Below are positions 19,101 through 26,026 of a stretch of 26,026 nucleotides of DNA, piece after piece. This DNA comes from an uncultured Ktedonobacterales bacterium. GTDB taxonomy: Bacteria; Chloroflexota; Ktedonobacteria; Ktedonobacterales; JADMIN01. Location of the stretch: the NCBI GenBank assembly GCA_964416775.1, contig CAYQFU010000035.1:5095-31120 (forward strand), read 5' to 3'. The notes beneath the pieces are model-generated. The model saw nothing but the letters and a program-made list of their open reading frames with translations, was not told where the DNA came from and searched no databases. How positions within the stretch are numbered: the stretch's first letter is position 1; every line of letters starts with the position of its first letter. Both the position numbers and the translations under genes were made by a program.

Positions 19101-21479
19101 TGTGACGAGCTACGGAGCACCTGGGGCGGCAAACCCATACCGGCGTCGTTGGTCATCGTGCTCTCCCGTGAAGGCGACGAGCGAGCCCGCATGAAATTAA
19201 TGGCGGCACGCGATCAGACTCGACACCTGATGGAGTCGCTGCGGGCGGAGTGGGCGTTCTACGAAACGGTATTGCCACTAGAGGCGCTGGCACCGGCAGA
19301 CGGCACGCCATTCGCCGCTACCCCACTCACGGAACTGGCCGACCGGCTCATGATACTGGTGCATGAGCTGCCCAGGCTGGAGCAGTGGACTGACTTCAGG
19401 CGTTACTGGAAAGCGTGTGAATTGAACGGACTGGGCTCGTTCGTCGACGCGGTCACACGGCAGATTCCCGTACCGACCAATCTACTGGACCTATTCCATA
19501 AGCGGCTCTACCAACTCTGGTTGGATGCGATATATCGCGACGTGCCCGTGCTGGGGCGTTTTCGCGGCACGACGCATGAGCAGACGATCGAGCGCTTCCG
19601 GCAATTGGACGAAGAGCATATCGCACTGGCGCGCAAGCGTCTTGCCGCGTCGCTCGCAACCATGCGAACGTCCGCCATCGCAAGTGCCGCGTCCACTGAT
19701 GACGGCGAGTGGCGTGCTACCGGCGCAGGGCCCGCAGCGGGGACATTCAGTAGGCAGCTGAGTTATCTGAGGCGCGAGATTGGCAAGAAGCGACACCCCT
19801 CCATCAGGCAGATCATCCAGTCGGCCGGGCTGGCAGTCGTGGCACTGAAGCCGTGCTGGATGATGAGTCCATTGAGCGCCAGCCAGTTTGTCGTGCCGGG
19901 GGCGGTAGAGTTCGACCTCGTGGTGTTCGATGAAGCGTCACAGATCTGTCCCGAAGACGCGATCTGTTCGATTCTGCGCGGCAAGCAACTGATCGTGGTT
20001 GGCGATCCCAAGCAGTTGCCGCCTACGCGCTTCTTTGCCAAGAGTGTCAGCGATAGCATCACCGAAGATGGCGACATCGAGGAAGAGCTCTTCGAGAGTA
20101 TTCTGGATGAGTGCTCACCGGTCATGCCGGCTTACTCGCTGCTGTGGCACTACCGCAGCCAACACGAGTCTCTCATCGCGTTCTCGAATCACCACTTCTA
20201 TGACGATCGACTGTACACCTTCCCAGGTCCGCAGACGGAGCATAGAGAAGGTGTGGGCTTCGAATATGTTGAGAATGGACAATACGATCGCAGTCGGTCG
20301 CGCACAAATCCAATCGAGGCCGCGCGTGTGGCAGATCTGGTGATAGAACATTTCGACTGGCATCCGGAGCGTTCCCTGGGCGTGGTGGCGTTGAGCGAAG
20401 CGCAGCAGAGCGCGATTGACCACGAGCTGGCGTTGCGCCGGCGCAGCCGGCCGGATTTGGAATCGTTCTTTGACGAGAACGCGTTGAGCCCATTCTTTGT
20501 GAAGAACCTGGAAAGCGTCCAAGGCGACGAGCGAGACGTAATCATCCTCAGCGTCGGCTACGGGAAGGACGCGACGGGCCGCCTCTACCAGAACTTCGGT
20601 CCGATCAATGGCGCGGGCGGCGGCCGCCGGTTGAACGTGGCCGTCACCCGAGCCAGGCATCAGGTAATTGTCGTGAGCTCGATACGCGCCGATGAGCTCA
20701 ATGTTTCTAGCGCACGGAGCAGCGGCGCACGACTCTTGCACGCCTATCTCGACTATGCCGAGCACGGGCCGCGGACGCTTGGGGAACAAGGGCCGGTCGT
20801 CACGGAGGGGGATGACGCCACGCCGACCTTCGATTCCCCCTTCGAGGAGGACGTGTATCAGGCACTGGTTGCGTGCGGCTTGACAGTCGCAACGCAGGTG
20901 GGCTGTTCAGGTTACCGCATTGACCTGGCTATTCGCGATCCGCACCGGCCGGATCGCTACGTGCTGGGCGTGGAGTGCGATGGGGCTACGTACCACTCGT
21001 CGCATACGGCACGCGACCGCGACCGATTGCGCCAGCAGCACCTGGAGCGCCTGGGATGGCAGATCCATCGCATATGGTCGCGCGATTGGATACGGGATCG
21101 AGAGCATGAGATCCAGAAGGTGATGGACCGGCTGGCCATGCTGCGCGAGCAGTCGCCTGCGCCGGTCGCTGCTCTGAAAAGTGCGCTTACACCGGCGACT
21201 CCACCGGCACGCACGACCGGCACGTCGACGGCAGCTCAGCCTGTGCGGTTGACCAGCGTCGCTCCAGCATACACCCCACCGCCGCGAGCGGCAGAATCAG
21301 TGCCTGTGCAGGCGCTCAACACAGGTACGCACACGTGCGAAACGTGCACACATTTCATGGCAAAGACCTCGACGGCATTCTTGTGCCTGCATGATGCCAC
21401 TATTAAGCGGCGTGACCCCAATGGGCAGACGCCAGGCTGCCCTGGATGGAAGCGCCTTCAGGCACGTGCGACGCAGTAG
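16164..21479 (+). CDS. Giant (1771 aa) multidomain protein: an N-terminal DUF4011-like region, a Upf1/DNA2-like SF1 helicase core with a very long insertion between Walker A and Walker B, a C-terminal Vsr/DUF559-like PD-(D/E)xK endonuclease domain, a Pro/Thr linker and a Cys-rich tail. Hhe-like single-gene defence candidate.
   Basis: GAAGTTGGGGG RBS-like purine run before the ATG. DUF4011-like LFLTFGLLEW…SPLVLVPVQLQR…NPTLREKL. Walker A VLQGPPGTGKSQTIANIV (about aa 295). DEAS box LVVFDEASQ (about aa 1256), then QLIVVGDPKQLPPT (motif III), …WHYRSQHESLIAFSN (motif IV-like), and GRRLNVAVTRARHQVIVVSS (motif VI). Vsr-like GYRIDLAIRD…YVLGVECDGATYHSS…RLGWQIHRIWSRDWIRDREHEI. The gene has markedly more A/T-ending codons than its neighbours. 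Confidence 0.85.
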   Translation: MALSTKLQQWQAYLLDMSKRNKLLYFSLDRHPGIAFRIDVPAMLYGRLTTSRKPISVSDLPNDADPDELDEKLNRLRTRAREALNDRGTNILFLTFGLLEWREASSSDEVIRSPLVLVPVQLQRASIAAPYRLQLLENEEITVNPTLREKLRRDFGIELPASLEEMDDDSDTAGESSTERAAARLEATFDVIRQTIPQEAKNWAVKPAVYLSIFSFTKLVMYQDLEDHKALVLKHPVLRSIGGESRLAVRESSMRAEDLDDKLRPHEVVQVLDADSSQQMAIQRAKDGASFVLQGPPGTGKSQTIANIVAECLGQGKRVLFVSEKMAALEVVQQRLKDVGLGDYCLDLHSHRSDKKVLLEELRQCLDEAGSPRRANAAADWERQSGRLFESRQELNGYVRALHAKRTRLERSAFEIYGVLARLHDVPDLDCTLPDPITMTQAQLDAFERLLSDFLTRGDVLVDQAVHPWRATRLETFTEAVAANIKSHFERCAALLRQTHDAVSTLDNVLGGADLAHTQDGALRGLALADVAVRTQLPEAAWLTTSDLAGLRHSAAETAARAGRHEERHAQFTKLYDPQAIELDPEPISEALTSASATAIGRLQCEGTGPMADPHDVALACADALEEHLVHAAEVLERMTMDAAQVAQILEQVAPTTPQAIADLADLAAHIVATPQPPLRWLNRDEFAVAQVAMIDAAERYRRVSLVGTELMRRYQPSMLQLNLKLLDDQFSTRYRSMLRIVHPGFWRQIQDARACLQPKVNRTAREIVADVHQARALVDEESFLRDQRVVHASALGTHFAAHQTNWAAVHSGLAWTGQLHQLLSGERPNQRMEALITGNTSKLQPLRARLQRLHASVEEWRAEQAYLEDTLLLDELPGDAFTLDEADAGALREWLLALVDMLRPYWAAARTLASLRPTLPELAARRWAELLDDIRLIRELRASRAWFQAHESQLRETLGSFYDGLETDWTAINQALAWCDELRSTWGGKPIPASLVIVLSREGDERARMKLMAARDQTRHLMESLRAEWAFYETVLPLEALAPADGTPFAATPLTELADRLMILVHELPRLEQWTDFRRYWKACELNGLGSFVDAVTRQIPVPTNLLDLFHKRLYQLWLDAIYRDVPVLGRFRGTTHEQTIERFRQLDEEHIALARKRLAASLATMRTSAIASAASTDDGEWRATGAGPAAGTFSRQLSYLRREIGKKRHPSIRQIIQSAGLAVVALKPCWMMSPLSASQFVVPGAVEFDLVVFDEASQICPEDAICSILRGKQLIVVGDPKQLPPTRFFAKSVSDSITEDGDIEEELFESILDECSPVMPAYSLLWHYRSQHESLIAFSNHHFYDDRLYTFPGPQTEHREGVGFEYVENGQYDRSRSRTNPIEAARVADLVIEHFDWHPERSLGVVALSEAQQSAIDHELALRRRSRPDLESFFDENALSPFFVKNLESVQGDERDVIILSVGYGKDATGRLYQNFGPINGAGGGRRLNVAVTRARHQVIVVSSIRADELNVSSARSSGARLLHAYLDYAEHGPRTLGEQGPVVTEGDDATPTFDSPFEEDVYQALVACGLTVATQVGCSGYRIDLAIRDPHRPDRYVLGVECDGATYHSSHTARDRDRLRQQHLERLGWQIHRIWSRDWIRDREHEIQKVMDRLAMLREQSPAPVAALKSALTPATPPARTTGTSTAAQPVRLTSVAPAYTPPPRAAESVPVQALNTGTHTCETCTHFMAKTSTAFLCLHDATIKRRDPNGQTPGCPGWKRLQARATQ

Positions 21480-21602
21480 CTAACGCGGTGCACCAGCACT
21501 GCATACGAGGCCACGTGCGAGAACGATTCTACCTGGCGGGCGCGGCGATTGGCGCAAGCGGATCGTCGCGGATGTGTGGGAAGTCCGCGTGCCTGAAAAG
21601 GC

Positions 21603-21626
21603 GGCCCTGGCGAGATTGCCAGGGCC
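21603..21626. terminator. GC-rich hairpin (ggccctgg - cgagattg - ccagggcc) in the convergent intergenic region between the helicase and adh. Possible factor-independent terminator, though it lacks a clear U-tract.
   Basis: Perfect 8-bp inverted repeat with an 8-nt loop, read directly in the sequence. It lies about 125 nt after the helicase stop and about 155 nt after the adh stop on the opposite strand. Confidence 0.3.
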
Positions 21627-21780
21627 GTGCAGATAGGTGCCGTAGTACACACGCGGAAAGTGTCAGAGCCTGTTATGCCCGCTGGGGCATGCGCATTGGG
21701 TGCCCTGACCCCAAGGGGTGGAGCAAGCCAGCGGCTGCGCATCAGCTATGACGAGTCAGCCGCTCTGCGCGCTCGGTGGG

Positions 21781-22980
21781 TTATGGCCTTGTCGTCTGCT
21801 GCGTTGCCTGTTGCATCGCCTGCTGCTCGTACTGTTGCCAGTTCGGCATGGGGTGGAGGATGACCTTGGTGTAGCCCTCGATCCGCTTGTCGAACTTCTC
21901 GTACGCTGTGGGCGCTTGCTCGATCGGCAACTCGTGCGAGACGACGAAGCTGGGCTTGGCGCGGCCGGCGATGATCATGTCGCGCAAGAAGCGGTTGTAC
22001 TGGGACACATTGCACTGGCCAGTGCCCAGCGCGAGTCCCTTTTCGAAGAGCTTGCCAAAGGGGATGAGCAGGTTGCCCTGCTTGGCTTGAGGATCCGGAG
22101 AGCCTGGATCGGTTGGGACGTATAGGCCAGGAATGCCCAGGACGCCCGTGGGGTTGACGACCTGGATCAAGGCCGAGAGCACCACGTTGGGGACTTCCTG
22201 CGCTTTGGCCGGGTCAACAGCCTGATAGCCGACGGCATCGATGCCTTTGCTGACCCCGTTGCCTTTACGCATGTCTCGGATCTGTTGAACAGGATCGCCT
22301 TTGCTGAAGTCGATGGGGATGGCGCCGATATCCTTGGCTTTGTTCAGCCGCTCGGGCACTCTGTCCACCACATAGACTTCGGAGGCACCACGGAGCAGCG
22401 CGCTGTACGCGGCCATCAGCCCGACAGGGCCCGCCCCAAAGATCGCCACAGACTCGCCGGGCGTCAGGCGGGCTAGCTCTGTGCCGTGGTAACCGGTGGG
22501 GAAGATATCGGCCAGGAGGATGAAATCTTCCTCGTGCTCGGTGCCCGGCGGCAGTTTCAGCGCATTGAAGTCGGCGAACGGGACGCGCAGCAACTCGGCC
22601 TGACCGCCCCTGTACGGGCCCATGGCGACGTACCCATATGCGCCGCCGGCGAAGCCTGGATTGACCGTCAGGCAGTACCCCGTATACCCACGCTTGCAGT
22701 TCTCACAGAAGCCGCAGGCGATGTTGAAGGGCATCACCACACGATCGCCCTTCTTGAGGCTCACGACTCCTGGGCCAATCTCCTCGACAATGCCCATGTT
22801 CTCGTGGCCGAAGACAAGGCCGGGTTGGGCGGCCGTGCGGCCCTCGTACATGTGCAGATCGGACCCGCAGATGGCTGTGGACGTGATCCGGACAATCACA
22901 TCACTGGGGTGCTCGATCTTGGGATCGGGCACGTTCTCGACGTCAACTTTGAATGGCCCCTTGTAGACGACGGCTTTCAT
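21781..22980 (-). CDS. fdhA: Zinc-dependent alcohol dehydrogenase (MDR family) of the glutathione-independent formaldehyde dehydrogenase type.
   Basis: MKAVVYKGPFKVDVENVPDPKIEHPSDVIVRITSTAICGSDLHMYEG…GHENMG (catalytic Zn ligands Cys, His). Structural-Zn Cys cluster CGFCENCKRGYTGYC. Rossmann motif AIFGAGPVG. Length about 399 aa, matching FdhA-type enzymes. Confidence 0.8.
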   Translation of the reverse strand: MKAVVYKGPFKVDVENVPDPKIEHPSDVIVRITSTAICGSDLHMYEGRTAAQPGLVFGHENMGIVEEIGPGVVSLKKGDRVVMPFNIACGFCENCKRGYTGYCLTVNPGFAGGAYGYVAMGPYRGGQAELLRVPFADFNALKLPPGTEHEEDFILLADIFPTGYHGTELARLTPGESVAIFGAGPVGLMAAYSALLRGASEVYVVDRVPERLNKAKDIGAIPIDFSKGDPVQQIRDMRKGNGVSKGIDAVGYQAVDPAKAQEVPNVVLSALIQVVNPTGVLGIPGLYVPTDPGSPDPQAKQGNLLIPFGKLFEKGLALGTGQCNVSQYNRFLRDMIIAGRAKPSFVVSHELPIEQAPTAYEKFDKRIEGYTKVILHPMPNWQQYEQQAMQQATQQTTRP

Positions 22981-23646
22981 CTGCTCTCCTCCTGAGAGTC
23001 TCGATGGCTGTGGAGCAGCGCTCTCGGGCTACCGCGAGCGCATGCTCGGCCAGCCTGGGGGCACGCGACACCATTGACGCTTGCTCTGTGGACGCACTAC
23101 GTCTCCGCACGGGCCGTCCGCGGGCGCCAAACAGCGAACACCTTCGCGCAGGCGTGGGCGTGTGCCGCAGATGGTATGCCACGAGCAGCCAACCGAACCC
23201 TGTCATGTAGGTGCGCCAGGCTGCCTCAGCGCGGCCGTCGCGAGCCATAGAGCCCCAGCGCGCCAAGTCAGGCGGAGGCGCGCTGGGTGCGGCTTCAGGG
23301 CCCAGCGCACCTTTCGGACGCTGAGCCCGGCGGCACAGGCCAGATCCACCGGGCGCGCAGAGCGCCAGCCTATTTCACGTCCAACATTCAACTCCAATTG
23401 GAGGATTTGCCCGTTCCCGTGCGCGCTTCCGAGCGACCGCTGGGTGTGAGAAATGAGCGCCTCATCGCTCGCTACACCTATACCCGCGAGGTGAGATGCC
23501 GCTCCGCTCGGGCGTAGCCCTGGCGCCGCGATCCGCGGTTATCAGCACGAACCCTCAAACTTTGCATCGGTGTCCTACGCTGGAATCGTACCGGGTCGAG
23601 AGCGTGCGCACGCGATGTCCGTAAAATGCGGAACGGAGGCATTGGC

Positions 23647-24087
23647 ATGCCCGGCTTTATCCCCTGGAGCAAGATAGACCTGCCGCTACGTGCCACCCGC
23701 TCGATCTGGGTCGCGACGACCCGCCCAGATGGGCGCCCGCATGCCGTTCCCGTGTGGTATGTCTGGGACGGTACCAGCCTGTACTTCATCACGCGCCGCG
23801 ACATGCAAAAGGCGACGAATCTGGCCGCCCAGCCCTGGATCGTCGCACACCTCGGCGACGGCGATGACGTGGCGATCCTCGAAGGCTCCGTCGAAGTCGT
23901 CTCCGATCCCAGCGAGCTCAGCCGCATAGACGCCTTGTACGGCGAGAAGTACGTCGCCCCGCGCAGCGGCGCCCGCGACACGATCTTCCACGACCACGCG
24001 AACCTCTATCGCCTGCTCGTGCGCCACGTCATGGCCTGGGAATATGGCGACATCTCCACGCGCACCGACTGGCGCTTCGATCCGTAG
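23647..24087 (+). CDS. Pyridoxamine 5'-phosphate oxidase-fold (PPOX-class / split-barrel flavin or F420-binding) protein.
   Basis: …IWVATTRPDGRPHAVPVWYVWDGTSLYFITRRD…QPWIVAHLGDGDDVAILEGSVEVV is the typical PNPOx-like split-barrel pattern. Start set at the ATG at 23647, which has a GGAGG RBS at a 7-nt spacing. The track ORF starts at 23626. Confidence 0.7.
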   Translation: MPGFIPWSKIDLPLRATRSIWVATTRPDGRPHAVPVWYVWDGTSLYFITRRDMQKATNLAAQPWIVAHLGDGDDVAILEGSVEVVSDPSELSRIDALYGEKYVAPRSGARDTIFHDHANLYRLLVRHVMAWEYGDISTRTDWRFDP

Positions 24088-24145
24088 CCTCAGGACCCGG
24101 CCATTACCCTTGCCTCACGCAGCCATCCACCATGGGAGCGCAACT

Positions 24146-25165
24146 ATGGAACTCAATCAGGCTCCGCACCATGATGTCATCGCCGCGGCCCTCTGCCGGC
24201 TCGGTCGCGACCCGGCCGGTCTCGCCGGCTTTCGGGTCCTGGCGGGTGGCATTTCTGGCTCCGCGGTCTACGCTCTGCGGTGGGCTGGCGAAGATCTCGT
24301 GCTCAAGACGACATTGCCAGGCAGCCCTGACGGCGTAGTCGCCCGCGCTCGCCATGAAGCGCTCTACTACGAGCAGCTGGCCGTCCACATCCCCCTGCGC
24401 GTCCCGGATGTGCGCGCCCTGGCGAACGACGCATGCGGCGTCGCCATCCTGTTGCCCGCTTACCTGCCGCCTCTCCCCGTGGAGCGGTGGACCGAGGAAG
24501 CCAGCCTGATCGTCGCCTCGCAGCTGGCAAGCCTCCACAGCGCCTTTTGGGGTGACACGGCAAGCCGGCTCGGCATGTCCTGGCTGCGCCGGAGACGCCC
24601 CCTCCCGCTGGCGCTCCGGCGCGAGCGCGCTGCGTCTCGCTGGAACGAGCTCGTCCATCCTGAGTCCCGCTCGGGTGTCCTGAGTGCGTCGCACCTGCGG
24701 GCGGTCTGGGCTGGCCTGGACCGGCTGGAGGAGCTCGCCGCCGCTCTGCGCGAGCTGCCCCTGACGCTGTGCCATGGCGACTGCCACCGTGAGAACCTGC
24801 TGCGCACGCCCGACGACCAGCTCGTCTGGGCCGACTGGCAAGAGGTCCATCGGGGTCGGGGGGTCGTGGACCTCGTATTCTTCTGCGAGCGGGCGCTCTT
24901 CGACGGCGCCACGTTCCCTTACGAGCACATGCTCCAGGTCTATTGTGATCGGTTGGCCGAGCGCGCCGGTCGCAACTTTCGGCTTGCCACCCTCCAGCGC
25001 GCCGCCGCCAGCGCCGAGCTGCTTTCCTGGCTGCTCGACTGGCCGCCGTTCCTGCTGCGGGCATCCCCCGCCGAACTCGTCCGCGTCCTCGATCGCATCC
25101 AGGTGATCTGCCTCATGCTGGATTCTCTGCCGCGCTGCCGCGCCATTGGGTCCATCAGCGAGTAG
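24146..25165 (+). CDS. Phosphotransferase-enzyme-family kinase (APH / choline-kinase fold).
   Basis: Brenner-type catalytic loop LCHGDCHRENLLR and downstream WADWQEV…GVVDLVFF (Mg-binding D). ATP-binding-region Lys (VLKTTL). Start chosen at the Met of MELNQ, which has a GGGAG RBS at a 7-nt spacing. The track ORF begins at 24044 and overlaps the previous gene. Confidence 0.7.
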   Translation: MELNQAPHHDVIAAALCRLGRDPAGLAGFRVLAGGISGSAVYALRWAGEDLVLKTTLPGSPDGVVARARHEALYYEQLAVHIPLRVPDVRALANDACGVAILLPAYLPPLPVERWTEEASLIVASQLASLHSAFWGDTASRLGMSWLRRRRPLPLALRRERAASRWNELVHPESRSGVLSASHLRAVWAGLDRLEELAAALRELPLTLCHGDCHRENLLRTPDDQLVWADWQEVHRGRGVVDLVFFCERALFDGATFPYEHMLQVYCDRLAERAGRNFRLATLQRAAASAELLSWLLDWPPFLLRASPAELVRVLDRIQVICLMLDSLPRCRAIGSISE

Positions 25166-25296
25166 AATATCTGTAATGCCTGCGAGGGCCAGCGCGCAAG
25201 TGGTGCATGCTTGTGGTCAGAAGCTGTGGCATAAGGGACGCAGTATTCACCTGTCGAGAGGCAGACTTGATCAATGGTCCGGTGTGACGGGAGAAA

Positions 25297-25962
25297 GTGA
25301 TCTTGATCGTGGATCAGTTAGAAGTCGCGGCGAAGGCTGAGCCGCCACTGCGCGATGAAATTATCCGCACGTTGGCTGATGCAGCAAGGCAAACCCCTGG
25401 CGTCTATCAGGAGCTTTTCACTGTGCTCGTCCGCGACAAGGAGCTGGCGGATGTCGCCACGATGGTGGTTAGAGCAATCGGATACCCACAGAATGCGACG
25501 GCCATCCCGGCGCTGATTTACTACGTTTGCGATGCAAATGCTCCCGCCGCGCCCGACGCCCTGGATGCACTGCGCGATATCCCTGCGAATGTGGTCGTGC
25601 CATACATCGTTGAAATGCTCTGGGATCGGGGAGCAACCAACAAATGGTGGAGCAAAGACGTGCAAGGGCTTGCCTATGCATTGCGGCAACTGGGAACGGA
25701 GTATGCACTTCCTTGCGCACCCGTGATCGCCTACTTGCTCAGTGATCCAAAGTTGCGGGCCATAGTCTATGTGCCGGCGTTGCTGGAGGTCATCGAAGCG
25801 ATCGGGCCGCAGAACGCTACTTTTGCGTTGCCGGCGGTGCTCGACATCGTCGAACAGCATGGCGCAAGCGAGGTGAGAGCATGTGCGAGGCGGCTGGTGG
25901 AGTCGTTCGCCGAGCACACGCTCGCTGTATACCACAGAGTTATGCCGCCCGCCAATTCTTGA
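25297..25962 (+). CDS. Hypothetical all-alpha protein, possibly HEAT/ARM-like repeats. GTG start, lower G+C than the core genes.
   Basis: 221-aa ORF with a repetitive helical pattern (…IPALIYYVCD…, …VVPYIVEMLWD…, …VIAYLLSD…, …LPAVLDIVEQ…). GGGAG sits 3 nt upstream of the GTG. It has more A/T third positions than the upstream genes. Confidence 0.45.
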   Translation: MILIVDQLEVAAKAEPPLRDEIIRTLADAARQTPGVYQELFTVLVRDKELADVATMVVRAIGYPQNATAIPALIYYVCDANAPAAPDALDALRDIPANVVVPYIVEMLWDRGATNKWWSKDVQGLAYALRQLGTEYALPCAPVIAYLLSDPKLRAIVYVPALLEVIEAIGPQNATFALPAVLDIVEQHGASEVRACARRLVESFAEHTLAVYHRVMPPANS

Positions 25963-26026
25963 TTTGTAGCCTTTCTACGGGTATGTCAATTGCCTTCGCC
26001 CACCTCAGCTTGCATGGGTATGCTGA

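Noticed and set aside
24303-25064. 253-aa and 274-aa - strand ORFs antisense to the APH-like kinase.
   Set aside because: They are shadow ORFs. The + strand reading carries the HGDxHxxN catalytic loop and a matching RBS.

Overview
This is a high-G+C bacterial chromosomal segment (about 70% GC by eye) with strong GC3 codon bias. Gene content is mostly housekeeping and metabolic: an ANTAR response regulator followed by yaaT/ricT, M20 peptidase, amidohydrolase, pcm, mntH, two SPFH-domain proteins, a CHAD protein, a xylA-xylB operon, a formaldehyde-dehydrogenase-like Zn-ADH, a PPOX-fold protein and an APH-type kinase. The outlier is a single 1771-aa ORF (16164..21479) of visibly lower G+C. It is flanked on both sides by AT-richer non-coding DNA. 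It encodes an N-terminal DUF4011-like region, a Upf1-like SF1 helicase core and a C-terminal Vsr/DUF559-type PD-(D/E)xK endonuclease domain, and ends in a Cys-rich tail. This is the architecture of single-gene helicase-nuclease antiphage candidates (Hhe-like), sitting in what looks like a horizontally acquired islet next to the xylose operon. Other points of note are two SPFH proteins (one polytopic with a long acidic tail), a PIMT with terminal extensions, a frameshifted NTase-like ORF pair, a coding 15-bp tandem repeat, and several palindromic candidate operator sites. No tRNA, rRNA, CRISPR array or recognisable transposase or integrase was seen. Many long alternative-frame ORFs in the track are GC-rich shadow ORFs and were not called.
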